A stretch of 64,000 nt of DNA. Origin: Pseudovirgaria hyperparasitica. Its lineage: Eukaryota. Shown here piece by piece: positions 41,882-52,647 of the stretch. Both the position numbers and the translations under genes were made by a program. The DNA is taken from assembly GCA_010093815.1 (NCBI GenBank), contig ML996566.1. One strand, 5' to 3'. The notes beneath the pieces were generated by a model. It saw only the letters and a program-made list of their open reading frames with translations. It ran no database searches and was not told the DNA's origin. Position 1 is the first letter of the stretch. Each line of letters starts with the position of its first letter.

Positions 41882-43117
41882 ATGGCCACTGCACAAGTCG
41901 TCTCTCCTAGTCCTGCAGGCCAGCCTGATATTGGCTATGCACCCGACCAGGACAAGTATCTCGCACGTGTACAGCGCCGTCTCCAACAGGAGCGTGAAGA
42001 GACCCAGAACAAGTCGCTTCCCCCTGGCTTCCCGAGAGAGCTCAAATCAGACCTTGTCTGGGATGGCAAGGATCTCGAGACAAAGTACGATTGGACGTAC
42101 GAGCTGAATGATCAGGAAGTAGAGGAGATTGAGGCTGCACTGCGGCACTTCAAGAGCCTAAACAAACCTTGGGGCTTCATTGACCAGACGACGTTCCCCT
42201 TACCGAAGCTGAACCCCGTACTTCGGGACATTTCTAGAGAAGTGCACAATGGACACGGATTCAAGGTCCTGAGAGGACTGCCAGTCAGTAAGCACACTCG
42301 AGAAGAGAACGTCATCATCTATGCAGGTGTATCGTCACATATCGCACCCATCCGTGGCCGTCAGGACCATCAATATGACGGCAAGCCAGCGGACGTCGTG
42401 CTCGCTCACATCAAAGATCTCAGCAAAGTCATCGATGCAAGCCAGATAGGCGCGCCAGCATACACTACCGAGAAGCAAGTCTTCCATACCGACGTGGGAG
42501 ACGTGATAGCATTATTCTGTCTCCAGACTGCTGTTGAGGGGGGTCAGAGCAAGCTATCAAGCAGTTGGCGAGTCTACAACGAGATTGCCGCTACGCGACC
42601 AGACCTCATTCGTACATTGGCAGAGCCATGGGCCGCGGAAGACTTCAACAACAAGGAGAAACCGTACAATCTGCGGCCACTGCTCCACTACCAACCGCCC
42701 ACCGAAAACAGCCCTGAGAGACTCATCATCCAGTACGCCCGCAGGACGTTCACAGGCTACTGGGGCCTGCCGCGATCAGCAGAGATTCCGCCAATCACCG
42801 AAGCTCAAGCTGAGGCTCTGGACACGCTGCACTACCTTGCGGAGAAGCATGCGGTGTCTCTGGACTTTCGCCAGGGCGATATCCAGTTTGCCAATAATTT
42901 GAGCATTTTTCACGCAAGGGACGGCTTCAAGGATACGCCTGAGCAGCAACGACATCTGATCCGGCTGTGGCTCAGGGATCCAGAGTATGCATGGGAGACA
43001 CCGGCTGCGAATCAGCCACGATGGGACAAGCTGTACAAGGGGGTCACGCCGGAAGCTCAGGTGTTCCCGTTGGAGCCTCGTGTCAGGAGTGCGAGTTCTG
43101 GGAAGAAGCTGGAATGA
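41882..43117 (+). CDS. TauD/TfdA (clavaminate synthase-like) Fe(II)/2-oxoglutarate dioxygenase
   Basis: FHTD (HxD), NNLSIFHAR and RHLIRLWLRD. Intronless. Confidence 0.88.
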   Translation: MATAQVVSPSPAGQPDIGYAPDQDKYLARVQRRLQQEREETQNKSLPPGFPRELKSDLVWDGKDLETKYDWTYELNDQEVEEIEAALRHFKSLNKPWGFIDQTTFPLPKLNPVLRDISREVHNGHGFKVLRGLPVSKHTREENVIIYAGVSSHIAPIRGRQDHQYDGKPADVVLAHIKDLSKVIDASQIGAPAYTTEKQVFHTDVGDVIALFCLQTAVEGGQSKLSSSWRVYNEIAATRPDLIRTLAEPWAAEDFNNKEKPYNLRPLLHYQPPTENSPERLIIQYARRTFTGYWGLPRSAEIPPITEAQAEALDTLHYLAEKHAVSLDFRQGDIQFANNLSIFHARDGFKDTPEQQRHLIRLWLRDPEYAWETPAANQPRWDKLYKGVTPEAQVFPLEPRVRSASSGKKLE

Positions 43118-43547
43118 TATATTCTGGTAGCTCTGGTACTCTAGCTTATAGAATGAACAAGTTCTTCGAGATTCAGATGCATTTTGGTTCGAGACCAAAT
43201 GAACCCCCTGGTTGCAGCACGGTTGTGGCTAGCGCCCTTTTGCTCCATCGGAATCCATACCACATAATCGACGACTCGTAACGTCAGACCATACGGAACT
43301 ACACAACAATAATCCCAATGAGGCTTCGACCTAAGGGTGAGCATCGTATGATTGACAGGCAGGACATTCTCTTTTTCCCAATGTGAACCTCGGTAATGTT
43401 AGTAGTCTGCACCAATCGGCTAATGATGTCACTTGCTATGTTGCTTCAAGTTATGTTGCGATGACCGGACTTAATAACTCCATCCATCAACATAATAAGA
43501 AACATACACTTGGTTCAAATTATCAATCCGTCAGAGCACAATTCACG

Positions 43548-44957
43548 ATGGCTCCAACCCCATACACAATATCAGTGCCCGACGAAGCCATCGACGACCT
43601 CAAGCAAAGACTAGCCCTGACCAAATTCCCAGACGAGCTGGACGCAGACGACCAGTGGGCATATGGCTCTCCGCTCGCCGACATCAAGAGACTAGCCGCG
43701 TACTGGAAGGACGGATTCGACTGGCGAAAAGCCGAAAGCAAACTGAACGAGCTCCCAAACTTCCGGACCACCGTCAACATCGACGGCTTCGGAGACATCG
43801 GAATCCACTTCATCCACGCCGTCAATCCATCCAGCAACGCCATCCCCCTCCTCTTCTGCCACGGCTGTAAGTCCCCCTCCCTCCCTTCCCTCCCCCATAC
43901 ACCCTGTATCCCCCCCCCGTGCCCACCACCAACCCACTCACCCACCCAGGGCCCGGCTCCTTCCTCGAAGTAACCAAACTCCTCCCCCTCCTCCACGGCA
44001 CCCCCACCACCCCAGCCTTCACCATCATCGCCCCCTCCCTCCCCAACTACGGCTTCTCCGACCGCACCACCACCCCGGGCTTCGCCCTCGCCCAATACGC
44101 CGAAACATGCCACAAACTCATGCTCCAGCTCGGCTACCCGCACTACGCCACCCAAGGCGGCGACTGGGGCTTCTACATCACCCGCACCATGGGCGCCCTC
44201 TACCCCGCCTCCGTCCTCGCCTCCCACATCAACATGATCCGTCCCGCCGGGCCCCCAACCCTCACATCCAACCCCTTGCTCGCCCTCCAGCACGCTCTCA
44301 CGCCCTACACCCCCGCCGAACACCGCGGTCTCGAGCGCAGCAAATGGTTCGAGCGCGAAGGCAGCGCGTATAACCGCCTTCAAGCCACGCGGCCGCAGAC
44401 GCTCGGCTACGCGCTGTCCGATAGCCCCGTCGCGCTGCTGGCGTGGATATACGAGAAGCTGCATGACTGGACGGATGGGTACGCCTGGACGGACGAGGAG
44501 GTGCTGACGTGGATTGCGATATATTGGTTTAGTAGCGCGGGCCCGGCGGCGAATGTGCGGATTTATTATGAGGCTAGGCATACGGATCGGGCGGCGCGCG
44601 GGTCGCGGCAGAGGGCGCATGGGTATGTTGGTGGGGTGAAGTTGGGGTTGGCGTATTTTCCGAAGGAGTTGGGGTTGTGGCCGAGGACGTGGGGGAGGAC
44701 GATGGGTGAGTTGGTGCTTATTTCTTTGGGGTGGGGGGCTTTTGTGTGTGTTTTTGGGTGACTGACTGACTGACTTTGGTGTAGGGCCTGTGGTGTATGA
44801 GAGCGAGAATGATAGTGGTGGTCACTTTGCGGCGTGGGAACGACCGCATGTCATTGCGACGGATCTGCAGAAAATGTTTGGCAAAGGGGGCCCATGCTAT
44901 AAGCTTATCAAGGGGAGGAGTGGGTATGATAGCACGACGGCTAGAGCTAATCTATAA
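43548..44957 (+). CDS. Epoxide hydrolase (EHN / microsomal type)
   Basis: [30 protein letters not shown] and [10 protein letters not shown]. Introns ~43867-43949 and ~44706-44783. Ends ..RANL. Confidence 0.92.
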
Positions 44958-45259
44958 GGGAGGAATGTACATGTACATCTGCAGGTAGTATAAGCAATAC
45001 AGGAGAACCGAACGACTGGTCTCTACGCTCTGTTGATGGTGAGTAACGCCGTATTCTGATGAAATCACATACAAATATGTGTCACCCCTAAAGTGTTCTC
45101 CCAACGGCCTGAGCTAATCTGTAAGGGAGAAATGAACATGTATATGTGCAGGTAGTATAAACAATACGGGAGAATCGAACGACTGGTCTCTACGCTCTGT
45201 TACCCGTGAGTAACACAGTATTCTGATGAATACACATACAGACATGTGTCACCCCTAAA
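44944..45259 (+). repeat. Diverged tandem duplication, two copies of ~148 bp
   Basis: 44944-45092 vs 45111-45259 share gagctaatct, gcaggtagtataa, gaacgactggtctctacgctctgtt, gtattctgatgaa and atgtgtcacccctaaa. Confidence 0.92.
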
Positions 45260-45751
45260 CTGTCCTTAGGGTGGTCCTTTATATCCAACGATAACTGCAC
45301 ACAATCGTAACAGGTCAGATGGCTCGGTGGTGAAGGATGTATCCACAACAAGGGGTTCCTAAGGACTTGGGCGGCAGAACGTCATGGGATCGATCCCCAT
45401 GACATGTCGTTTTGTATTTTTTTCTTTTTTTTTTTGGCAAAATTCCCCCAATCCCACACAAAGTCTTATCATTGACACGAACGGTATGAGCACGAGGAAA
45501 TCCTTGGCTGGGTACATCAGACCCACGAAGCTTCTCTATTAACGACCGCCAATCGCCCCATTCCATGCGGACAAAGTTGAATGCCCGCAACGCCTACGCT
45601 ATGTTGAAATCTATGGCGATTACATGCACCACACCTCCGCCCCCCCTGAATCTCCACCCCACCTATCCCTTCAATCGCCTCCCGCAGCCTGCCCTTACTT
45701 CCATGCCACACTGGCTCACACCCCAACCCAACAACAGCCATCACGGCAACC

Positions 45752-46560
45752 CTACGCCCTCTTCTTCCCCGCCGCCCCCCGCCGCTCCTCCCTCTCCCTA
45801 TAAATCCTCTCCGTAAACGGATCCTCAAACCGCCTGGCAAAGAAATACATAACCGCGACATGCACCGTCAGCAGCACGCCCGCCGGCTTCGCAAAATACA
45901 GCGCCGAGCCCAAAAAACTGAGCGTCGAGCCATGATACATGGGCGCAGGCGTGACGCTAAACGGGAAGCTCGTCACGGGCTCGTCCATGAGGATGCCAAA
46001 GTAGTCGCCCAGATAGGTGCCCGTGACGCCGAGCGCCCACATCGAGCTGAGCACGAGCACGTTGCCGGTCAGGAAGAGGCCCCAGGAGATGTATTGGACC
46101 GTGGCGGTCTGGAGGGCCGGGTCGCTCGGTTGGCTGCGCAGCGCGCGCTCGTACAGGATGTCGCGGAGGATGCCGAGGGAGAAGATTGTGATGGCGAGGG
46201 CGTAGCAGCCGTAGTGGCGGTTGCCGCCGAAGAGTTTGGTGAGGAGTTTGTGGTGGTATTCTGGAGTAATCGGGGTGGTTAGCTTGGTCTGGTGGGTTCG
46301 TGGTGTGGTGGAGTGCGGATTTGGGTCGAGAAGACAACTCACCATTGTACGCAACGATGCTGGCATGACGTGTCAGCTGTGTTGATATAGATACTTAGCA
46401 GGCAGATTGGCTTACTTCCAAAACACAGGATTGAACGCAATAGACGCCGCAGAGACTACAACAAGCTGATCAACGACCGACCGACACATACAAGAGCGAT
46501 CTACTCAACCATACCCCAAAGCTCCGGCCGCGAGAAATCGAATAGCTTGTCCAAGTCCAT
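45752..46560 (-). CDS. OPI3: Phospholipid N-methyltransferase (PEMT)
   Basis: SIAFNPVFWN|IVAYN|EY, ALGVTGTYLGDYFGILMD, PMYHGST and EDPFT. Three introns, including a 17-nt exon at 46343-46359. Confidence 0.94.
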
Positions 46561-47112
46561 GGTGACGAGTCGTTTTTGCCAATTATCGTGAGACTGTCTT
46601 GAGTATGAAGAGTGCACAAAGGCAGAACAGAAGCGAAGCAGGCAGGCTAGAGTAACGAACGCTGCCTTGTTGTCCACGAGGCTAAGGTAATGTTGTGTTG
46701 AAGCTAGGTAGCAGGGCACACCCACGACGTCACTTATGATTGGTGCCGAAGATTTTCGTGGGGTAGCTCGCCCCCGAAAGGCCCCTCAACGGGCAGCCAA
46801 CATAGAGGCGGCACTATGGTACACAGTAGGGAAGACTTGTCCAGTAATCATGCGCCATGAGTAGGACGTATATCGATTACAATCACGCATAGTATATAGT
46901 ATATAAATCCAAAACAATTCACGTTTCCAGAACTCGGGGATTTCGGCCCTCAAATCAAGCCTCTCAACAGACCCTGCGTCCAGCTGCAGGACTGTAGGCA
47001 GGTCCCAGGTACGGGCAAATGCAAGAGCAGGCAGGGTTCATCGCTTTTACTCACAAGATTACCTCCATTCATAAAGGACCTCAGACTTCTTGCCAACATC
47101 TACCGTCTCATC

Positions 47113-47196
47113 GGTTGTATGGTGTAGAGGTTAGCACACCGGATTTTGACAGTGTTAAATATTCCGGCGACCCCGGTTCGAGTCCGGGTACGACCT
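47113..47196 (+). tRNA. tRNA-Gln (TTG) with ~12-nt intron
   Basis: GGTTGTA/TACGACC acceptor stem, CCGGA-TT-TTG-A..TCCGG anticodon arm, GGTTCGAGTCC B box and an immediate T-run terminator. Confidence 0.93.
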
Positions 47197-47533
47197 TTTT
47201 TGCCTTTTCCGGCCTGTCTTTCTTGGAGAAGATCTCGTCTTAGCATTGCGAGAGCGTGTATTTTGCATATATAATCTACGAGTTACATGGGTTCTATTAT
47301 GCGTGATACTTACTTCGTTACTATATATCTTCCTACTCTTGAATTAAGACCATAATATAGTCAGTCCATAATAAGTGGATTCATGAAGATAACGAAGTAA
47401 TATGATTGATTGATTGTCTGTTGGACTGTACGTATATAATAGGCACACGGGTGAAGAGAACAGATGTCATGGTCATGATCGAGACGTGGGACCTATAGCC
47501 TAGCGTCTCTATCCGACGAACATACCGGATGCA

Positions 47534-47535
<2 letters not shown>

Positions 47536-47591
<56 letters not shown>
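47536..47591. repeat. (AC)~28 microsatellite
   Basis: Uninterrupted AC run. Confidence 0.97.
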
Positions 47592-47593
<2 letters not shown>

Positions 47594-48168
47594 CGATGAG
47601 GGAAAAGGTAAATATCCATTTGCTATAAGAGGATGCGCAAAGCGGAATTTTTGCCTCTTCTCCGCTCTCGACTCACCGTCCTCTCCGGTCTCTCTCCAAA
47701 ACAACCGCTCCATCATGGCTCATGCCCGGCTAGCTGAGCTCAGCTCATACTACTGCCTGACCTCCGCTCTGCCACTCTTTCTCAACGAGCTCCGCTTCTC
47801 CAGCCTGGGATAACTACAAATTGGTATATTAAGCAAAAAGGAAGCAGGATAGCACAGTTAAAGCTTTATAACACGATATGACAACGCGTCCGACGACGTC
47901 CATATCAACACAAAAGGGGAGGATCCGGCGGTCCACGACAATAAAACATGTTTTGAGAAATCGCTCATCCTGTCCAAGGGCGTGGCGGCGGGTCGGTTTG
48001 TGTCGGTATGTGAGGGGAAAGTCGATGCTTATCCAAACACCGCATGCTCCAAGTTCGCCAGGTATATAAATTCAAGTATGCAACATGTAACGTAGTAAAA
48101 CAGGGAATGCTCTCGTTAGTCGCTGAGGGTCGACGTGTTGCATTCCAGCTGATTGAAACAAAAAGCGT

Positions 48169-51031
48169 TCAGGCGGTCGTGAAACGGGACTCGACAAGTC
48201 TGCGGACCTTGGGTCCCAACTTCTTCGCAACCGGTGTCAGCTCTCGCTGGTTCTCATGCTCTTCAGCAGCAGCAGCTTCGTCTTCATGTTCGATAATCTT
48301 GGTGGGAACGGCGGGTTCATCGTTCTTATAGTGCTGTAGACTATGACGGTCTGGAGTAGTCGAGCTGCTCATCATCGACATTGATGTGCTAGAGCGGTTG
48401 TGGACTAAATCTGGGGTGGGAGGAATGCTCGAGTGTCGGTGAGAGGAGGTGATGACAGAGTCACCGTCACCGTACTCGCTGTTCATGCTTTGGTCGTGTC
48501 CATCATCTGATGGCGGGGCCTGCACGCTGTCATTCTTCTCACTCCTCATATCCTCGTCATCTGCCTGTTGAGCGAGATGAAGACCCTCAACGGCCGCCGC
48601 ACATTGTTCCGAGATATTGCGGATGATGTAAGCAATGGCGTCGGTCTTGTCGCGAAGATGCTTGTCTGCAACGTCAATCATACTTTGATTAGAGAAACGT
48701 TTGCGGTTGACGGGACTGGAGAGAAGGCGTCGCTCCATGTCGGGAGATACGTCTTCGTTCTCGTGACTTTGAAGGTCAATGGTGCTGCCCCGGCTGACGG
48801 TACGAGTGGATGGTCTTGAAGACTGTCGTGATACTTGGTGAGATGCACGATGGGCGTGGGACTTTTCGGATTCGTATTCCATCTGGCCTTCGGCTTGCAC
48901 TTCACCGTCAGCATCCTCAATGAGGTCGTCGAAGCCTTCTTGGAGGAGCTCAGCCAATTCCGGAGCGTTGGCGAGAGACTTGACAATGTGTTGCATATGA
49001 TGTGCTTGACCATCAATCAACGCGCGCAGATGGAGGACAACACGCTGAGCTTCCTCGCGTTGTCGCATGATGGTAAGGTTGGTGTGCTGAAGTGCAGACA
49101 ACTCCTTGGCGTTGCGCTTCCTTTCGCGCTCGAGCTCCTCGGCGATCTCTTGCTGGAGCACCAATGCTTCGAGGGCGTCGTCACGTTGCTTCTCAGTTCC
49201 AGATAGGCGTACGGTGAGTCGTGCAGTATCGTCCTTCTGTTGGTCGATGAGACCAGTCAGACGGCGATTTTCCTTCTTGTGGGTTTCAATCTTGGTCTTG
49301 AGATCTTGGGTCTCCTTGGTGAGCTGTTCAGCGAATGCCTGGAACTTGAGGAACTGTTGCTTCCAGCTCTCAAGCTCTTCGACGAGGAAGTTGTTACGCT
49401 TCGTCACCTTTCCAAGCTCGGTGTCCATGCGGCCCTTGAGGTTGATAAAGTCTTGCCATGCCTCCATCGCGTCCCGAGAGTACTGGTTGCGCTCGCGAAC
49501 GATTTCGTTGAGGTGGCGCATGGAGACCTTGGTCATCAAAGGCTTCTTGACAGAACCACCAAAGATGGCCTTCATACCAGTGTTGCGACCAAGCTTTTCA
49601 CAGACATGGTCCATGACAGTCATGACTGAATCCTGGTTCCACCAATCGGGATCTTGGATGCTCTCAACCTCGCCTTTCATGACGATGATCGTGCCAGCCG
49701 GAATAAGCTTTCCCCCACCATAAGCAGAGCGGAGGTGTTGTGGCACACCGGAAGGAGCAACATCACCATTCAAAGCCTGAGTAAGGCGGTTGATCATCTT
49801 AGTCCTCTGGCCTTGGCTCAGAGCTGTTGGAGGATCCGAGGTTAGGACGAAGTTGCGGTCCAAGTCAACGACAAGGGCATCGCTGGGCGCAGTGAAAAGG
49901 GTGCGGCATTCCGCTGTAACGCCTAGAATGTACGGACCAGGCTCTTGAACCAATTCCTTTGCGTGACGAGCGTGGACTACAGGCACGTACAAGCCACTCC
50001 ACTCGTAGATACGGACGCAGAATCTGACGGTCTCGGCGGCGACGGTTAACATTGCTGGATAGTGAGACACGAATATGATTCTCCGAGTAGGAGAGACTGC
50101 AGCTTCCATGACACCCACAATGTTCGGGATAGAGAGACATTCGAACAAGGGCCACATGGCGAAATTCTGGAATCCTGTAGGAGACGATGGGAATTGATAG
50201 CAAAGCGCGTAGTCCTTCATGTCGATGCGGACAAGATCGTTCAATCTTGGGGCTGGGAAGCTCAAGATCCTGGATACCTCCTCAGCATGGAAGAGGTTGG
50301 TAGCTTTGTTCCAGTGAATCCACATTCCACGAAGGTAATCGCCCAGCAGATCATAGAGAGGATATCTGGAGAGAAAGCTGAGACAGTATGGAATCCAGTA
50401 TGTGTCATCTGGGCTGTCGAAGAAGTCGGACTCGGTGCGCTTGCGGAGATCGCGGATTGTCTCAGCTCTCTTCTCATCTGCACGGGACCAGACACGAAGA
50501 GCAATGCCATATAGGGTGTGAGAGGAGTCCTGCTGAAGGACGAAGGAATGATGGACGCAGTGCGGCTGGCTCCTGCCGGTACAGATCTCTACATCGTGAG
50601 GAAAGCATGCCTGTGTTTGTGATTAGAGCTTGATGTGACAAAGGGATGGATGCTGGAGTACTTACGCGCATAGCAGAGTGAAGAGACCTGGCAATCTCAT
50701 TGTCCTGCTCCAACCTAGGGCTGCTTCCAAGAATCTCAGGAAGCCAGAAAGCGCCAATTGCACCTTTCATGTGTCCAATCTTTCCTTGGGTTGGAGTAGG
50801 AGCCTTGACCCACTGGGATGGCTCACGGCCAACACCACATACCATGTAGGCATGAGTGAGAGTCTTGGGCGAGCGCTGGCCAGGCTTGATGTTCAGGGTC
50901 GAGGGTAGTGGTTGAGTGATTCTTGAATGCAGAGAAGAGGTCCTGCTGGGGATGACCAGACTGGTGTCACCTGCATCACGGGTTGGAGGGCGTTCGCTCG
51001 TTCGCGGACGCAGACTCAGAGAGGGAGCCAT
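48169..51031 (-). CDS. DENN (AEX-3) domain protein with coiled coil, putative Rab GEF
   Basis: AYMVCGVGREPSQW, ACFPHDV, YWIPYCLSFLSRYP, YVPVVHA..PGPYILG and LVVDLD. One intron at ~50611-50665. Confidence 0.85.
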
Positions 51032-51334
51032 TGCGTACGAGGTCAATTGAAGTCGGACGACACAATTGAAGCTTCACACTGCTTTGAGCAGATGTAGCTC
51101 GAAGACTGTGCGAGAGTTGTCGAGGCTTGGTGGAAGGAATCAAAGGAGAGTCATGAAGGTGAAGAGAAGAAGAAGAAGGTAAGGGGAGAGGAAGTAAGCA
51201 GTTTGGACGACAGAACGGCGCCACTTCCTAGCGAAGAGAGGTGATGGTAGTGGTGGTGGAGTAAGAGGAGGAGGAGGAGTAGGATGATTGAACGAGTTGT
51301 GTGAGGTGGAAAGGAGTCAAGGACAGGGCTTGAA

Positions 51335-51353
51335 GGGGGGGGGGGGGGGGGGG
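51335..51353 (+). repeat. Poly-G tract (19 nt)
   Basis: Homopolymer about 300 bp upstream of the DENN gene start. Confidence 0.9.
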
Positions 51354-52616
51354 TTAGGTAAGTGCTAGCGTAATAGTAGCGGCAACAAGCAATGAATTAA
51401 CGTATGGTCACAGCGACTGGCCTGGCACCAAAAGATGTGACAGGACAGCCTTGGAGGAAGGGCTTCTTCTTCTTCTGCTACGTCTGGGGTGCCTTGAGCT
51501 TAACATTATTCTTGTTCGGCGCGGTATTGCAAGAATGCCCAAAACAGCAAAGTAACCAAGTCAACCAGTACAGGTGAGCAAGGATGGATCGTCCAGCTTT
51601 GCATGACTTATTCCGCTTCCTCTGCTAGTGGCCAAGGTAATTAGTGGAGTACAGTAAGTAGACGGTAGCTTAGGTTAGCTGCTGCAGGTCGTAGTGTAGT
51701 AATTAGTGTCTGCGCCGGTTAATCGACTCGGGAGCCTTCCCCTGACCGTTGGCCTTGCTTTCTCCTCTAATACACTGTACCATTATCACCCCGTTACTCT
51801 TACGCTTCTTCTGTTCAATTTCACTTTCACTCTAATATCACCTACTTTCGCCGGTCCTCTAGGGAGTTTTTTGGCCCGCTCCTCGCCTTTCCTACTCTCT
51901 TCCCTTCTCTCTCACTCTCACGCCCTCTCGCCACTGGGGCCGTCCCAGCGAAATTAGGGACAGTGGATGTCTGTGCTCCTTTCCACGACTCCACTCCTGT
52001 TCCGTTGCCGCGGGTTTGATGCAGCAGCAGTAGCAGCATCTAATTCGACCTATGCAAACGAGCAGGTTCTTCCAGGCTCTGCGAGAGCCTCTAGGAACAT
52101 GACACTAGCCAATAATAATACCTCAATCCATGAATGTGATTACTTGCACGCTCGTGCAGGCAGCACATCTCATTTCGCTCTTCTTCGTATCTATCACTCG
52201 TATATAATGTACTACTGATCTGTGACAGTCGAGACAAATCGTCTGTACTTCGGTCAGTATCATCATCTGCTTTGTTCTTGCTCAACGGCCAAATTCTCGC
52301 CTTGACCTGCAGGCCGATTTGTGCTTGTTCTGGCGCCCCCACTGTATATACCCAAAGGCGAGGGAGGTGGCTGCCCAGATGTGTTGGATGTCGGTATACG
52401 TTCCACGGCGCGATTCCCGCCCCGTTTTCGAATGCTGACAGCGACACTCTAGATAAGCAGCTCCCGCCTCCAGTCGATCTTATATGCCGCTCCATCTACA
52501 CAGTATGATGGGATAAGTACGGGACCAGTACCGGTGGTGTCAATATGTCAGATCATGAACGTTATGTATGATTTGGCGATATGTTGTTATGGTAAATATG
52601 GTAGGGTATGGTCTAT

Positions 52617-52647
52617 CACGTTGCACGTTGCACGTTGCACGTTGCAC
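52617..52647. repeat. (CACGTTG)x4 tandem repeat
   Basis: cacgttg cacgttg cacgttg cacgttg cac. Confidence 0.92.

Noticed and set aside
43523..44620. 365-aa - strand ORF
   Set aside because: Antisense shadow of the epoxide hydrolase.
44944..45259. Direct repeats as a CRISPR array or LTR pair
   Set aside because: Eukaryotic context, only two long diverged units, no spacers, no TG..CA ends and no internal domain.
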